A stretch of 64,000 bases of DNA from Spirochaetota bacterium. Its GTDB lineage: Bacteria; Spirochaetota; UBA4802; JAGODF01. Below, one piece after another: positions 48,177 through 58,271 of this stretch; the first letter of the stretch is position 1, and each line of letters begins with the position of its first letter. A program made the position numbers and the translations under genes. The notes below the pieces were generated by a model. It worked only from the letters and a program-made list of their open reading frames with translations, made no database searches and was not told where the DNA came from. The stretch is taken from assembly GCA_029974015.1 (NCBI GenBank), contig JARKUF010000014.1:217-64216 (forward strand). The letters run 5' to 3'.

Positions 48177-48193
48177 GGGAACCTCAAAAATTT
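48177..48193. repeat. MITE terminal-repeat remnant
   Basis: GGGAACCTCAAAAATTT directly after the rnfC stop. Confidence 0.5.
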
Positions 48194-48243
48194 CATTGCA
48201 TACAGGTCAGCAACCTTGGAAAATTAAACTGCCCGGATATCGT

Positions 48244-49389
48244 ATGGATTTAGAAAAAAATGAACAGGAGAAAAAGGAAAGTAAAGCGCCAAAGATAGAA
48301 CTGGTGCTTTCAAATCCCCCCCACATAAGGGCCCCACAGAGTGTCACTTCTATCATGTGGCTTGTGGTCGTATCGCTCCTGCCGGCCCTGGCATTTTCGG
48401 TATATCTTTTTGGAGCGAAGGCGCTGTACCTCATTGCCGTATCGACAGGGACCGCCATGGTTGCGGAAACACTGTACCAACTGGCCATGAGAAAAAAGGC
48501 CACACCATTTGACGGCTCCGCCGTCATCACTGGCATTCTTTTGGCCATGAATGTTCCTCCCGACGCTCCGTTGTGGATGGTCGGGATAGGGTCCGCCTTT
48601 GCCATCATCATCGCCAAACAGCTCTTTGGCGGCCTCGGGTTTAATATTTTCAATCCCGCCCTGGCGGGACGCGCCTTTCTCCTTGCGTCATGGCCGGTTT
48701 ATATGGCGACGGCATGGCACAGGTTCACAGATACAAATATCCTTTCCAGGGGAATCCAAAACTGCTCAAACATACCGCCTGGGGCATTCGACGCAATTAC
48801 CGGCGCAACGCCCCTTGCCGTCCTGAAGGGGGCAAGTAAATACATTAACGAAATGAATGTCCAGGCCGACGCTTTCTACACCACTCTCCTGTCGAACCAG
48901 ATGCTAAAGTCTCTCGCCCTGGGAGATATAGGCGGATGTCTCGGTGAAACCTCCGCCCTTTTCCTCCTGGCCGGGGCGCTTTTGCTTTTGTATAAAAGAA
49001 TTATTACCTGGCATATCCCCGCCTCCTATATGGGTACCGTGGCGGTTTTTACGGCAATCTATTACTTTCTGAATCCGGTGCCGGGATCGGAGACAGTTGG
49101 ACACTTTATCCCAAGGATGGTCCTGTTCCATCTCCTCTCCGGCGGACTTGTATTAGGGGCCTTCTACATGGCCACGGATATGGTGACCACGCCGGTGACG
49201 CGGAAGGGAATGATACTTTTCGGCGTCGGCTGCGGCATTATAACATGCCTAATTAGACTCTGGGGCGGATATCCGGAAGGTGTTTCCTATTCGATACTCC
49301 TCATGAACGCGACGGTCCCACTTATAGATAAACTTTTTAAGCCGAGAGTTTACGGTACTTTCAGAAAACATACATCCCATGAAGAATAA
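48244..49389 (+). CDS. rnfD: Rnf complex subunit D
   Basis: KQLFGGLG.NIFNPA, TGATPL FMN site, MATDMVTTP, GYPEG. Confidence 0.95.
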   Translation: MDLEKNEQEKKESKAPKIELVLSNPPHIRAPQSVTSIMWLVVVSLLPALAFSVYLFGAKALYLIAVSTGTAMVAETLYQLAMRKKATPFDGSAVITGILLAMNVPPDAPLWMVGIGSAFAIIIAKQLFGGLGFNIFNPALAGRAFLLASWPVYMATAWHRFTDTNILSRGIQNCSNIPPGAFDAITGATPLAVLKGASKYINEMNVQADAFYTTLLSNQMLKSLALGDIGGCLGETSALFLLAGALLLLYKRIITWHIPASYMGTVAVFTAIYYFLNPVPGSETVGHFIPRMVLFHLLSGGLVLGAFYMATDMVTTPVTRKGMILFGVGCGIITCLIRLWGGYPEGVSYSILLMNATVPLIDKLFKPRVYGTFRKHTSHEE

Positions 49390-49427
49390 CCATCAGATAG
49401 ATTGACTCCGATGCACAGGTTAGAGCA

Positions 49428-50159
49428 ATGTACCGAATTTTCATAAAACCGACCCTTATTCTCGCGGCCATCGCCTTTGCCGCTTCCTTCGCCCTTTCAC
49501 ATGTCAACAAAATCACCAGGGGAAAGATAGAAGAACGGGCACGACAGCAAAAGGAAGATGCCCTGAAGGCCGTCCTTCCTCCTTACCTGGGCTATACCAT
49601 CGTTGAGAAAAACAGAAAGGCAACAGTGGAAGGTATAGAATTCTTCTATTCCATCGCACAAAAGAACGAAGGTGAAAAAATATTAAAGGCCTATGTGTTT
49701 GAGTGCGAAAATCCCGGTTACAGCGGCATTGTGCGTTCAATAGTCGCCGTGGATGAAAAATTGACGCTACTGGGCATGTCGGTTATCCAACAGGCGGAAA
49801 CTCCTGGACTCGGGGCCCGGTCGAAAGAGATGGCAAGCAATAAAACTTTTTTTGAGGTTTTTTTCGGCTTGTCGCGAAAAGCGGCTTCCGACAAAGAAGC
49901 GGTTTCGCAATCGTGGTTCGAAGCCCAGTTTACCGGTCTTGATGCGGGAAAGAAAATTGGCATTATTAAAAAGGGAGAATGGAGCGCGGAAAACGCCGCC
50001 CTTCGACAGGAACTCATTGACCACAACGCCGTCTCGGCAATTACCGGCGCCACCATAACTACAAAAGCAGTAATCCTCAGCATCGAAAAGGGCATCGCTG
50101 CGCTAAAGCATGTCCTGGAACAGGAAAATAATGCTCCCGGGGAGGCCGCGTCTCCATGA
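49428..50159 (+). CDS. rnfG: Rnf complex subunit G
   Basis: GYSG, ETPGLG, ITGATITT. Confidence 0.92.
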   Translation: MYRIFIKPTLILAAIAFAASFALSHVNKITRGKIEERARQQKEDALKAVLPPYLGYTIVEKNRKATVEGIEFFYSIAQKNEGEKILKAYVFECENPGYSGIVRSIVAVDEKLTLLGMSVIQQAETPGLGARSKEMASNKTFFEVFFGLSRKAASDKEAVSQSWFEAQFTGLDAGKKIGIIKKGEWSAENAALRQELIDHNAVSAITGATITTKAVILSIEKGIAALKHVLEQENNAPGEAASP

Positions 50160-50749
50160 AATACTGGCAGCTTATTACCGACGGCATCTGGCACAGAAAC
50201 CCTACTCTCGTCATCGGAATCGGCATGTGCCCCACTCTAGCGGTCACCACTTCTATCTCCAACGCCCTCTGGATGACCCTTGCGGCCACCTTCGTCCTGG
50301 TGTGCTCAAACGCCCTCGTATCGGCGGTGAAGAATATCGTCCCCGACCATATTCGCATCCCTATTTTTATAACCATAATAGCATCTTTTGTCATCATCGT
50401 CGAGTTGACCTTGAAGGCTTTCCAACCTGAAGTCGACAAGGCCCTGGGGATATTCATCCCGCTCATAGTCGTCAACTGCATCATTCTCGGACGGGCCGAG
50501 GAATTCGCACAGAAGAACGACGTAATAAGTTCGGTTTTCGACGGTATCGGTATGGGCATGGGAATAGGGTTTGCCCTCGGCCTTCTGGCTTTCTTCCGAG
50601 AGATATTAGGGGCGAACAAACTCATGGGGTACACCTTCATACCCGGAATGGAACCCTCCCTGGTCATGATAATGGCCCCCGGCGCGTTTTTCACCCTGGC
50701 CTTTATCCTTTGGGGCATGAACGTTATAAAATCGAAGTCAAAAAAGTAG
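50156..50749 (+). CDS. rnfE: Rnf complex subunit E
   Basis: GMCPTLAVT, IPLIVVNC, PGAFF. Confidence 0.95.
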   Translation: MKYWQLITDGIWHRNPTLVIGIGMCPTLAVTTSISNALWMTLAATFVLVCSNALVSAVKNIVPDHIRIPIFITIIASFVIIVELTLKAFQPEVDKALGIFIPLIVVNCIILGRAEEFAQKNDVISSVFDGIGMGMGIGFALGLLAFFREILGANKLMGYTFIPGMEPSLVMIMAPGAFFTLAFILWGMNVIKSKSKK

Positions 50750-50757
50750 GGGCAAAA

Positions 50758-51357
50758 ATGGAACTCAAGATTTTCCTGACAATCCTCTTCGCCACCATAT
50801 TCATCAATAACTATGTTCTGTCCCAGATACTCGGACTTTGCCCATTCCTCGGAGTATCCAAAAAACTCGATTCCGCCCTTGGAATGGGACTGGCGGTAAT
50901 TTTCGTCATGGGCATGGCCTCATTTTTTACCTTTTTCATTTACAAATACGTTCTCATCCCATACGGAATTACGTATCTTAGAACTCTGGCTTTCATCCTC
51001 ATCATTGCGGGACTCGTTCAGCTTGTTGAAATGATTATTGAAAAAGTATCGCCGTCCCTGTATCAGGCCCTGGGCATTTTTCTCCCCCTCATCACCACAA
51101 ACTGCGCCATCTTGGGCGTAACTGTCCTCAATATCGATTCGGGGTTCATTACTGCGGATTATGGGCTGCTGAAGTCAGTTGTCCAGGGGATCGGCGGTGG
51201 CATCGGGTTCACATTGGCGCTCCTTCTTATGGCAGGCATTCGCGAGAGGCTGGAACTGGCCGATATCCCGGAGAACCTCAAGGGTTTGCCGATCACCTTT
51301 ATCGTCGCCGGGCTTCTCGCCATCGCATTTCTCGGTTTCTCGGGCATGAGCTTTTAG
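50758..51357 (+). CDS. rnfA: Rnf complex subunit A
   Basis: LGLCPFLGVS, LPLITTNCAILG. Confidence 0.95.
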   Translation: MELKIFLTILFATIFINNYVLSQILGLCPFLGVSKKLDSALGMGLAVIFVMGMASFFTFFIYKYVLIPYGITYLRTLAFILIIAGLVQLVEMIIEKVSPSLYQALGIFLPLITTNCAILGVTVLNIDSGFITADYGLLKSVVQGIGGGIGFTLALLLMAGIRERLELADIPENLKGLPITFIVAGLLAIAFLGFSGMSF

Positions 51358-51367
51358 GGCAGAACAA

Positions 51368-52150
51368 TCAGAGGACGATGCGCTGATAGAGGAGCACTAT
51401 CTCACGGCCGTAAAGCAGTGCCAGGATAAGGCCGATGGTTAGAAAAGGGCCGAAAGGTATTTTTATCCGAAGGCCTTTCTCGGTCGCCATAGCATAGACT
51501 ATACCGTACAACGCCCCCGCAACCAGTGAGGACTCCAGCACAACCAGTGAAAGTTCGAACCCTGAAAGAAGCCCCAATGCTGCCGCAAACTTGATATCGC
51601 CCCCGCCGAATCCTCCAGGAAATAAGAGGACAACTATAAGGAAAAACCCTCCGAGGACCAGCGCTCCACTAAAAGCGTTCCATGACGATTCGCCCGTCAA
51701 CCGCAGGTAGGCGGGATGGAGCGAAAGAAAGATTAGTACGCCGACGAGCTGTCCGGGAATGGTATATGTTTTCGCGTCGACGGTCGCAATTGCGATAGCG
51801 ATTCCAGAAGCGAGAAAATATTCGAGGGCAAGGAAGGCGCCTCCGTACCGGCACCAGAGCGCCAAGGCGAGAGCTCCATATAAGGCCTCCATTAGTGGAT
51901 ACAGCGGTGATATCCTTTTCCCACAAGAAGAACATTTGCCGAGGGTAAAGAAATATCCAAGGAAGGGAACCAGGTGGAAGGGGGATATCCGCACATCACA
52001 AAATGCGCAATGCGACGGCATGGTAAGGGTTCGGAGCGTTAATTTACCAACGATACTACGCAGGGCCAGGGTATAGCAGAAGCTTCCCCAGGAAGCTCCC
52101 GCCAGAAAGATTACCACTGTGAGGGCTATTGAGCATTGAAGGGAAAACAT
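51368..52150 (-). CDS. pilD: Prepilin peptidase (A24)
   Basis: SHC..C, GKC..C, GGGDIK, IPFGPFL. Confidence 0.9.
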   Translation of the reverse strand: MFSLQCSIALTVVIFLAGASWGSFCYTLALRSIVGKLTLRTLTMPSHCAFCDVRISPFHLVPFLGYFFTLGKCSSCGKRISPLYPLMEALYGALALALWCRYGGAFLALEYFLASGIAIAIATVDAKTYTIPGQLVGVLIFLSLHPAYLRLTGESSWNAFSGALVLGGFFLIVVLLFPGGFGGGDIKFAAALGLLSGFELSLVVLESSLVAGALYGIVYAMATEKGLRIKIPFGPFLTIGLILALLYGREIVLLYQRIVL

Positions 52151-52154
52151 GCAC

Positions 52155-53618
52155 CTACTTGACCAGTTGGCATGTCACCGCATGGTTTCCGGTACCGGCG
52201 AGAGACTCTGCGTACTGTATGCCTCCGATTGAAATGCTTTCACCGGGAATCCCGAGATCGGCGAGGTGTTTCTTGATGGAGTAAAAGCGCATGCCCCAGG
52301 TATGGGTGTAGACTGTGTTTTCCGGAGTATCCGCAAGGCCGTTGAGTATAATACGGGTCCCACAGAAAAGCAGGGACAGGCGGCTGAACCTGTCAAGCGA
52401 CCTTGAACTATCCTGCCCAATTAAGTACTCGGCGGCCAAAAATTTTACCGTGACGGGAGAAGACAGTGTTTCAAAAGACATGGTTTCTTTGGATGAATGG
52501 CCTGCATCGAAACCGGGGGGGGATTTCTTCATAGCTTCGCTTAAGAGTACAAGGATGTCGGTATTTTTCAACGCTTCACAGGGAGGGATTAAAGCAGTCG
52601 AGACTCCCGCAAGTGAGCGGTGCATGTCAACCAAGTAATCAAATGAAATAGGTTCTGCACCGCCAATGTGGAAAAAAGAACAATTATCCCGATATCCCGT
52701 TAAGACTATACCTCGCAGCAATTCTTCCGATTGAGATATATCCATTGAAAAGCATTTGGAAAGCAGTGTAACAGTCCCGGCCTGGTCTTTTCTAACTTCC
52801 TCGAGTCCCCTGAACCATCCGGAGATAAAACGCGACAACCTATCCCTGTCCGTTAGGACTGTTTCCTCTCTGGAGAGGAAAATGATCGGAAGCAATTTGG
52901 GCGCCGCTGATGATGACGCCAATAGCGTAACATTGGCCGGCAGAGGGGTCCCGGCGGTTGAAAACGCTCCCAACTCGACCCTGCCATTTTCGAGGAGGGA
53001 GCGGGCATCAGAATCTGTAGACGTGTAGCGCCATATCAGGCCAGAAGCGTCCACTCCGGCGGCACGAAGAAGAAAAAGCAAAAGATGTTGGGAATTGCCG
53101 CCACGGACGCAGGCGACCGTGGCCCCCTTCAACTCATTCACGCTTTTCGCGGGACGACGGGAAAAGACCGCATCTTCACCCCTGGAATTTGCGATAATAA
53201 GCACAGCCGCGGGATTTATGCCCCTATGACGGCAGTAACGCCTGGTTAGGAAGGGGACAGTTGTCCAAACCAGGTCGGCACCGCCTTCTTCGCCGAGAAG
53301 GGAAAGGGCGCGTTCAGGGTCTTCTTCCACGAAAAATTCAACTTTGAGCTTCTGCTCCTTTTCATAAATACTGTCTATTCTATTTTTCAAACCGCCGTTA
53401 GCAACGAGGCCCGGAGCGAATGCGCCATCAGGAAATATTGCCACGCGAAACGCTGTATCGGCAGTCGGCAGTGGCCTGAAAGGTACTTCACGGGAAATGG
53501 CGGGACGGGCAATTCCTCCATTACACTGGAAGGCACCATAGAACGATAGGACCAGTATAAATGTTACAAGGGTTGCCGCAGTTGCGATGCTTCGCGTAAG
53601 CAGTTTAAATGAAAACAT
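52155..53618 (-). CDS. NMT1/SsuA-like substrate-binding protein with degenerate OmpA-like C-terminus
   Basis: SRGEDAV, SVNELKG, F..GWF; C-terminal IILNG..D, LADLGIP. Confidence 0.6.
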   Translation of the reverse strand: MFSFKLLTRSIATAATLVTFILVLSFYGAFQCNGGIARPAISREVPFRPLPTADTAFRVAIFPDGAFAPGLVANGGLKNRIDSIYEKEQKLKVEFFVEEDPERALSLLGEEGGADLVWTTVPFLTRRYCRHRGINPAAVLIIANSRGEDAVFSRRPAKSVNELKGATVACVRGGNSQHLLLFLLRAAGVDASGLIWRYTSTDSDARSLLENGRVELGAFSTAGTPLPANVTLLASSSAAPKLLPIIFLSREETVLTDRDRLSRFISGWFRGLEEVRKDQAGTVTLLSKCFSMDISQSEELLRGIVLTGYRDNCSFFHIGGAEPISFDYLVDMHRSLAGVSTALIPPCEALKNTDILVLLSEAMKKSPPGFDAGHSSKETMSFETLSSPVTVKFLAAEYLIGQDSSRSLDRFSRLSLLFCGTRIILNGLADTPENTVYTHTWGMRFYSIKKHLADLGIPGESISIGGIQYAESLAGTGNHAVTCQLVK

Positions 53619-53661
53619 GGTGCGGAATAGCCTTTTGTATGGTAGAGTCTCCCTCTTTATT

Positions 53662-54468
53662 TCAGAACATGATGTAGTAATTCAAGCCGAAAATGAGGAA
53701 ATCGCCCCGGGAATCAAGCGTTCTCCTGGGGGAGGATGCGGCAGCATCGCCCGCGTCGATGCCGTCGTTGTCAACGGGGTGGGATTTCCCTTCCTGGTGG
53801 ATCCACTCTACGGACAGGGAGAACTTATCATGAACGGGGATCTCCGCTCCTATCATGAGATGATATCCAACAAAAGACGCGGAGTAACGGTCCCTCTTAT
53901 TGGAAGTGAGAGTCGGATCGGTAGTGTTAAAATTGAAAGCTGTTGCCGGGGCCGGAGGCGATTGAACAGGATTGCTCTGTGTTATTGAAACGCTTGATTG
54001 GTGGTATGTCGGGCCGGCGCCGATGAAAAACAATGTTCGAGAGCTCAATGGGACAAGCAGTCCAACTGTCGCCGGAAGCGCAGCCTGGTAGGTGGAAAAT
54101 TTAATTGTGTTTTTCTCTCCGCCCGCAGGAGTGACTGTGCCTTTCACGGTTTTAAATGGAGTGGTATAATGACATCCAATGCGGAAAAAGAAAAAATTGA
54201 GCTGGTAGCGGGCATTGAAACCGAAAACGGGCGAATATGGAATTGAAATTTGGCTCAATGAGGTATCGGCGTTGCCGGGATCGGCCTCTCTGTACATAAG
54301 CATCGCCATATTATAGCGCGAGGTTAAGTCTTCCAGATTGTTCGCATCGTAGGTGACACCGCCATTAAGGCCGATGGCGAATTCCCCGATGGCATACGCG
54401 GGCATCACGGCACACATGGTAATAATCGCAATTGCAAAAATGAGAAATGTGGTAATCATCGGTTTCAT
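53662..54468 (-). CDS. Outer-membrane beta-barrel, OmpL1-like
   Basis: GAGG RBS, signal peptide, LPATVG...FIGAG.TY, terminal GLNYYIMF. Confidence 0.65.
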   Translation of the reverse strand: MKPMITTFLIFAIAIITMCAVMPAYAIGEFAIGLNGGVTYDANNLEDLTSRYNMAMLMYREADPGNADTSLSQISIPYSPVFGFNARYQLNFFFFRIGCHYTTPFKTVKGTVTPAGGEKNTIKFSTYQAALPATVGLLVPLSSRTLFFIGAGPTYHQSSVSITQSNPVQSPPAPATAFNFNTTDPTLTSNKRDRYSASFVGYHLMIGAEIPVHDKFSLSVEWIHQEGKSHPVDNDGIDAGDAAASSPRRTLDSRGDFLIFGLNYYIMF

Positions 54469-54490
54469 GTCTGGAATAAAAACCTCATCT

Positions 54491-55252
54491 TCAGATGGAC
54501 CAAAAATAAAAAGAGACGCCGGCATTGTAGCGGTATCCCGTAAAATTGATCCGGGCATAGTCCGTGACTCCATCACTGGTGCTGCCGTCTTCAATGAATT
54601 TAGAGGAGCCCCTGTAATACACGAGCGATGAAGAAAGCGCCAAACGGTCCGTAATAAAATATTCTCCCTCGATAAGTATTACCAATGGCAATCCCCAGCC
54701 CGTGAAAGTTCCCTTGTGCTTCGTTGTGGAGTTTTCTATGAATCTGTTGGTGTATTTAGCGTAAGCATAAGCGAACCCGCAACTGAATACGATTTTTATG
54801 TCCTTCCAGAAGGGAATGGAAATACCAAAGGTCAGCGGCACATCGTACATGGTGAAACCGTATTTACATTCAAGAGTGGTGGGAGTAGCACCGAAGAGGG
54901 TTTCCCCTTCACCTCCCAATGTACTTTTAGTATAGTTTGCCCCAAGGCGAAATTGGTAATTATCCATCAAAAGGAGCTTGAACATGATGCCGCCGCCGAA
55001 TCCTATGAGGCGTTCAATCGCGCTGGTGCTGTAGCCGTCCTGCGCCCGATTCAGCCCATCGACACCGCTCTGTGTGCCATAGACATAGTACTGGTACGCC
55101 GATTGAAGATCATTGCCAAGGGAGGGAGCAAAACCGCCGTACATTCCCATTGCGCCGTTGACCGTCACCGCCATTAGGGCCGAAGGCATCACCATGAAGG
55201 CGATTAACGCGAGTATGTATATTCGTCTTCTCATCTTGTCTTGTCTTTTCAA
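54491..55252 (-). CDS. Outer-membrane beta-barrel protein
   Basis: Signal peptide, VPLTFG, GYRYNAGVSFYF. Confidence 0.7.
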   Translation of the reverse strand: MKRQDKMRRRIYILALIAFMVMPSALMAVTVNGAMGMYGGFAPSLGNDLQSAYQYYVYGTQSGVDGLNRAQDGYSTSAIERLIGFGGGIMFKLLLMDNYQFRLGANYTKSTLGGEGETLFGATPTTLECKYGFTMYDVPLTFGISIPFWKDIKIVFSCGFAYAYAKYTNRFIENSTTKHKGTFTGWGLPLVILIEGEYFITDRLALSSSLVYYRGSSKFIEDGSTSDGVTDYARINFTGYRYNAGVSFYFWSI

Positions 55253-55265
55253 TTAATGCCTGGGA

Positions 55266-55922
55266 TTATATTATATAGTATATCACGCCCAAAAGGATGC
55301 GGTGGCCTGAAAAATCCAAATGAAAATTGTCGTAAGAGCCGCCTTCGGTATTCATGACCGGTTCTGACCTTGCGTCGAAGTATTCCCATTCAATATACAG
55401 GCGAATAAGCTTGAGGAGCTTGAACTCGATGCCGGTTACAAATCCATATCCAAGGGATAGTGTTTCCACATCCTCGGAAGGGCCTCCGTCGAGTTCGATA
55501 GTACCCTGGCCAATGAAATATGCGGGACCTGCCCCCATATAAAACTCCCCCGCTTCCTTTAGGGGAAACCTGAATCCCGCGAAAAGCGGCAAAGCGAGAT
55601 AGCTGAAGGATGAATGCTCTATTTTGTCGGACCCATCGAGGACATTGCCGCGGTTTATAACGAATGCGGCGTCACAGCCGGTGCGGAGAAAAAAGAAATA
55701 TGCGTTTAGCTTGAATGAAAAACCGACGAGCAAGCTGTTCTGGGGGTCCAGTGAAATGGACCTGTTTTGGTTGGACAAATTCCCAACGTCATGATGAACA
55801 CCTACATGCGCACCAAGCCCGACGATGTCATGGGCCAGGAGGGTGACAGGCAGGGAGAAAACAAACAATAAGGCGAATGCAATTGTGCCAAGTTTCATGG
55901 TTTTGGAAAAAAACCGCCTCAT
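55266..55922 (-). CDS. Outer-membrane beta-barrel, OmpL1-like
   Basis: Signal peptide, DVGNL, LPLFAG...YMGAGPAYF, GHRILLGVIYY. Confidence 0.7.
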   Translation of the reverse strand: MRRFFSKTMKLGTIAFALLFVFSLPVTLLAHDIVGLGAHVGVHHDVGNLSNQNRSISLDPQNSLLVGFSFKLNAYFFFLRTGCDAAFVINRGNVLDGSDKIEHSSFSYLALPLFAGFRFPLKEAGEFYMGAGPAYFIGQGTIELDGGPSEDVETLSLGYGFVTGIEFKLLKLIRLYIEWEYFDARSEPVMNTEGGSYDNFHLDFSGHRILLGVIYYII

Positions 55923-56109
55923 TAATGTTCAAAAACAAATAATGTAGAAATATACGGCTATTAGTCAAGAAGATTATTTATAACGTCCTATTATTTTTCC
56001 CCTCATGGCGCTAAAATGGGTCCAGAGAATGTATTTTCAAAAAAAGTTAGTGACGCATATGGATTCCTGATGATATCGTCATATCCGGCAAAGTGGAGGA
56101 GAAAAGGCC

Positions 56110-56670
56110 ATGCTTGACGATTATCCTAAAAAAATAATTCTTAAAGACAGCAGCGAGTGTACCTTCTCCATCGCAGACCGAGAATCAATCACGGCGGTTA
56201 AGGGGCTTTTCCCCCGCGTGTCCCCCGACGATCTCTGGGTGATGTCGAGGGACTATACCCGACCGGAATCGGTGGACCTTTTCATCGGCTCCTTCAACCC
56301 CGAAGAAAACCTCCATCTTATCGCCAACATGGATGATACGGTAATCGGACTCGGGAGCATTTATTTTTCCCATTTCGGGGCCCGGAAACATATCGGCCGG
56401 GTGGAAATCATCATCGATGAAGCGTACAAGCAAAAAAGGCTCGGCACATGGATAATTCTGGAGCTTGCAACCCTTGCCCGTTTTTTAAAGCTGGAAATCC
56501 TTGAAATAGAGCTTGTGGCGGGCAAAGACGACGCGGCCATCATTGCGTCGAAGAGAATAAACTTCATACCACAGGCCACTTTGAAAAACTACCTCCAGGA
56601 CCGGAGGGGCCGCTGGATGGACATGGTCATTCTGGTAAAGGAGATACACGAATCCTGGAGCGATTACTGA
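56110..56670 (+). CDS. GNAT family acetyltransferase
   Basis: RKHIG, YKQKRLGT motif A; GGAGGAG RBS. Confidence 0.8.
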   Translation: MLDDYPKKIILKDSSECTFSIADRESITAVKGLFPRVSPDDLWVMSRDYTRPESVDLFIGSFNPEENLHLIANMDDTVIGLGSIYFSHFGARKHIGRVEIIIDEAYKQKRLGTWIILELATLARFLKLEILEIELVAGKDDAAIIASKRINFIPQATLKNYLQDRRGRWMDMVILVKEIHESWSDY

Positions 56671-56704
56671 TTATATGCCCCGCACCTGCCTTGGACATGC
56701 GGGG

Positions 56705-57013
56705 CTATTTGATATCTTTAAAGAGAGTTTCTGCCTTTTTCTTCCCCGTTAGACGGTCAAAATCATCATAATCAACGAAGATGAGGTCCGGAAGCTTTCT
56801 TCGGGTCCTCATCACCATAGCGGGGGACTTTTCCCTTGACGTGACATACTTGAATTCCCTGCCGCATTTGGGGCATTTTTTAAGGTCCTCAAGTTTGATC
56901 CCGATTTCCCGGCATCCCGGACAGAACCCGAAAATATCATCCACAATAATGATATGCGCCTGTATTTCGGCCAGGTCCACTTCCTTCCATATTCTCAGAT
57001 AGTCCATGTTCAC
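56705..57013 (-). CDS. Small zinc-ribbon hypothetical protein
   Basis: CPGC ... CPKC. Confidence 0.75.
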   Translation of the reverse strand: MNMDYLRIWKEVDLAEIQAHIIIVDDIFGFCPGCREIGIKLEDLKKCPKCGREFKYVTSREKSPAMVMRTRRKLPDLIFVDYDDFDRLTGKKKAETLFKDIK

Positions 57014-57025
57014 CTCTTCGAAGGA

Positions 57026-57970
57026 TTATTTGCGCGCAATGATGAGTTGCCAGGCCGGGTCTGAAAGTCTCGTCACTTCAGCGCCGATAAACCCCGCCGC
57101 ATCGGTCCATTTGTAATACTCTTCCAGGGAATACACATTGCCAAGGGGGCTCTGAGTCATCATGTGGAGCGCCAGGGTGGCCCCACAGGAACTTATTCCC
57201 CGTATGTTGTCAAAGATCACGATAATGCCCCCTGAAGAGAGACGCTCATAGCACATGGAGATAATTGAGCCATTGTCCTTCGGGGACTGTCCGTGGCAGA
57301 GGTTTCCAAGAAAGGCGATATCCCAGGGGCCACGAGGGAGTTCTTTTGTCGCGTCTCCCTCTTCGATGATGATATTGGGGACCCGTGAAAGCTCATCCTT
57401 CATTACGGCCAGGGATTTTGGAAGATCGAACACGATGGTGCGTAACCCGCGGGCAGCGAACTCTCTTGCGATTGTGCCAGGGGCCCCTCCTATGTCCGCA
57501 ACGGTGGAAGAGCCGGGGTTTCGGCCAATGCAGATATCGACAATTTCCGGCGCCACTTTTTTTTTCCAGGGGGAATCCATCCCGCGAATAAAGTCGTCCA
57601 TGTCAAATCCCGCGTAGCTCGATGTGTCGGGTCCGCCATGGACTAAAACATGTTCCAGGGTCCTCCAGGGATTGATGAGGTAATAAAGAAACTGCCAGAA
57701 ATCTCCCTCATAAGAGGGACCGTCCCTATCAACGAGGCGGGCGCGGCAATCGGGCGTGATATGGTATTGTCCCTCCGATGAGCGGAGGTAGCCCATTTCA
57801 ACGAGCGCATCGAGAAGCGCCGACACGGCCCGGAGGTCCCAGGACCTGCGGAGTGAAAGTCCCTGGGCCGTGTCGGGAGACCGATCAAGATCGTCGAACA
57901 CGCCGAGGCGGTGCGCCTGGCCGACGAAAATTGTTTGCTCCACGGCCTCCTGCAGTTCCCTTATTCCCAC
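57026..57970 (-). CDS. SAM-dependent O-methyltransferase with dimerisation domain
   Basis: LGVFD, LLDALVEMGYL, DIGGAPG, FDLP, GD. Confidence 0.88.
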   Translation of the reverse strand: MGIRELQEAVEQTIFVGQAHRLGVFDDLDRSPDTAQGLSLRRSWDLRAVSALLDALVEMGYLRSSEGQYHITPDCRARLVDRDGPSYEGDFWQFLYYLINPWRTLEHVLVHGGPDTSSYAGFDMDDFIRGMDSPWKKKVAPEIVDICIGRNPGSSTVADIGGAPGTIAREFAARGLRTIVFDLPKSLAVMKDELSRVPNIIIEEGDATKELPRGPWDIAFLGNLCHGQSPKDNGSIISMCYERLSSGGIIVIFDNIRGISSCGATLALHMMTQSPLGNVYSLEEYYKWTDAAGFIGAEVTRLSDPAWQLIIARK

Positions 57971-58109
57971 TGTATCCTCATTTTTAATGATTGTACGTCC
58001 GAGCGTGCATGATTTCTCACAGTATCGGACGGTGGTCCCTTCGCAGCACCTGTGCCAATGATCTTTGGAGCTGAAACGGCCATGTCAATACTTTTTTAGC
58101 GATTTTGAT

Positions 58110-58139
58110 TTGACTGATAAAGCACAGGGTGCCTACGAT
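58110..58139 (+). promoter_or_regulatory. Putative sigma70 promoter
   Basis: TTGACT-N18-TACGAT. Confidence 0.5.
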
Positions 58140-58153
58140 GACGATTCAATGAA

Positions 58154-58222
58154 GGCAACTTTTTAATTAGGGTTTCCCGCCAGCCGAAGGCGGGCGGGAA
58201 ACCCTAATTTTTATGACTTCCC
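58154..58222. mobile_element. Short MITE-like copy with a type-A left end and type-B-like right end
   Basis: GGCAACT ... TAGGGTTTCCCGCCAGCC-GAA-GGCGGGCGGGAAACCCTA ... AATTTTTATGACTTCCC|TTAA. Confidence 0.8.
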
Positions 58223-58271
58223 TTAATTACGGGCGGGTCTGCCTGAAAAACGAACCGCAAAGGAGATATGG

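Noticed and set aside
48196-48243. N-terminal extension of RnfD in the ORF track (likewise fdhD 8499, TPR 33558, glyQ 38095, rnfA 50710, barrel 54594)
   Set aside because: Downstream ATGs fit RBS position, gene overlaps or family N-termini better.
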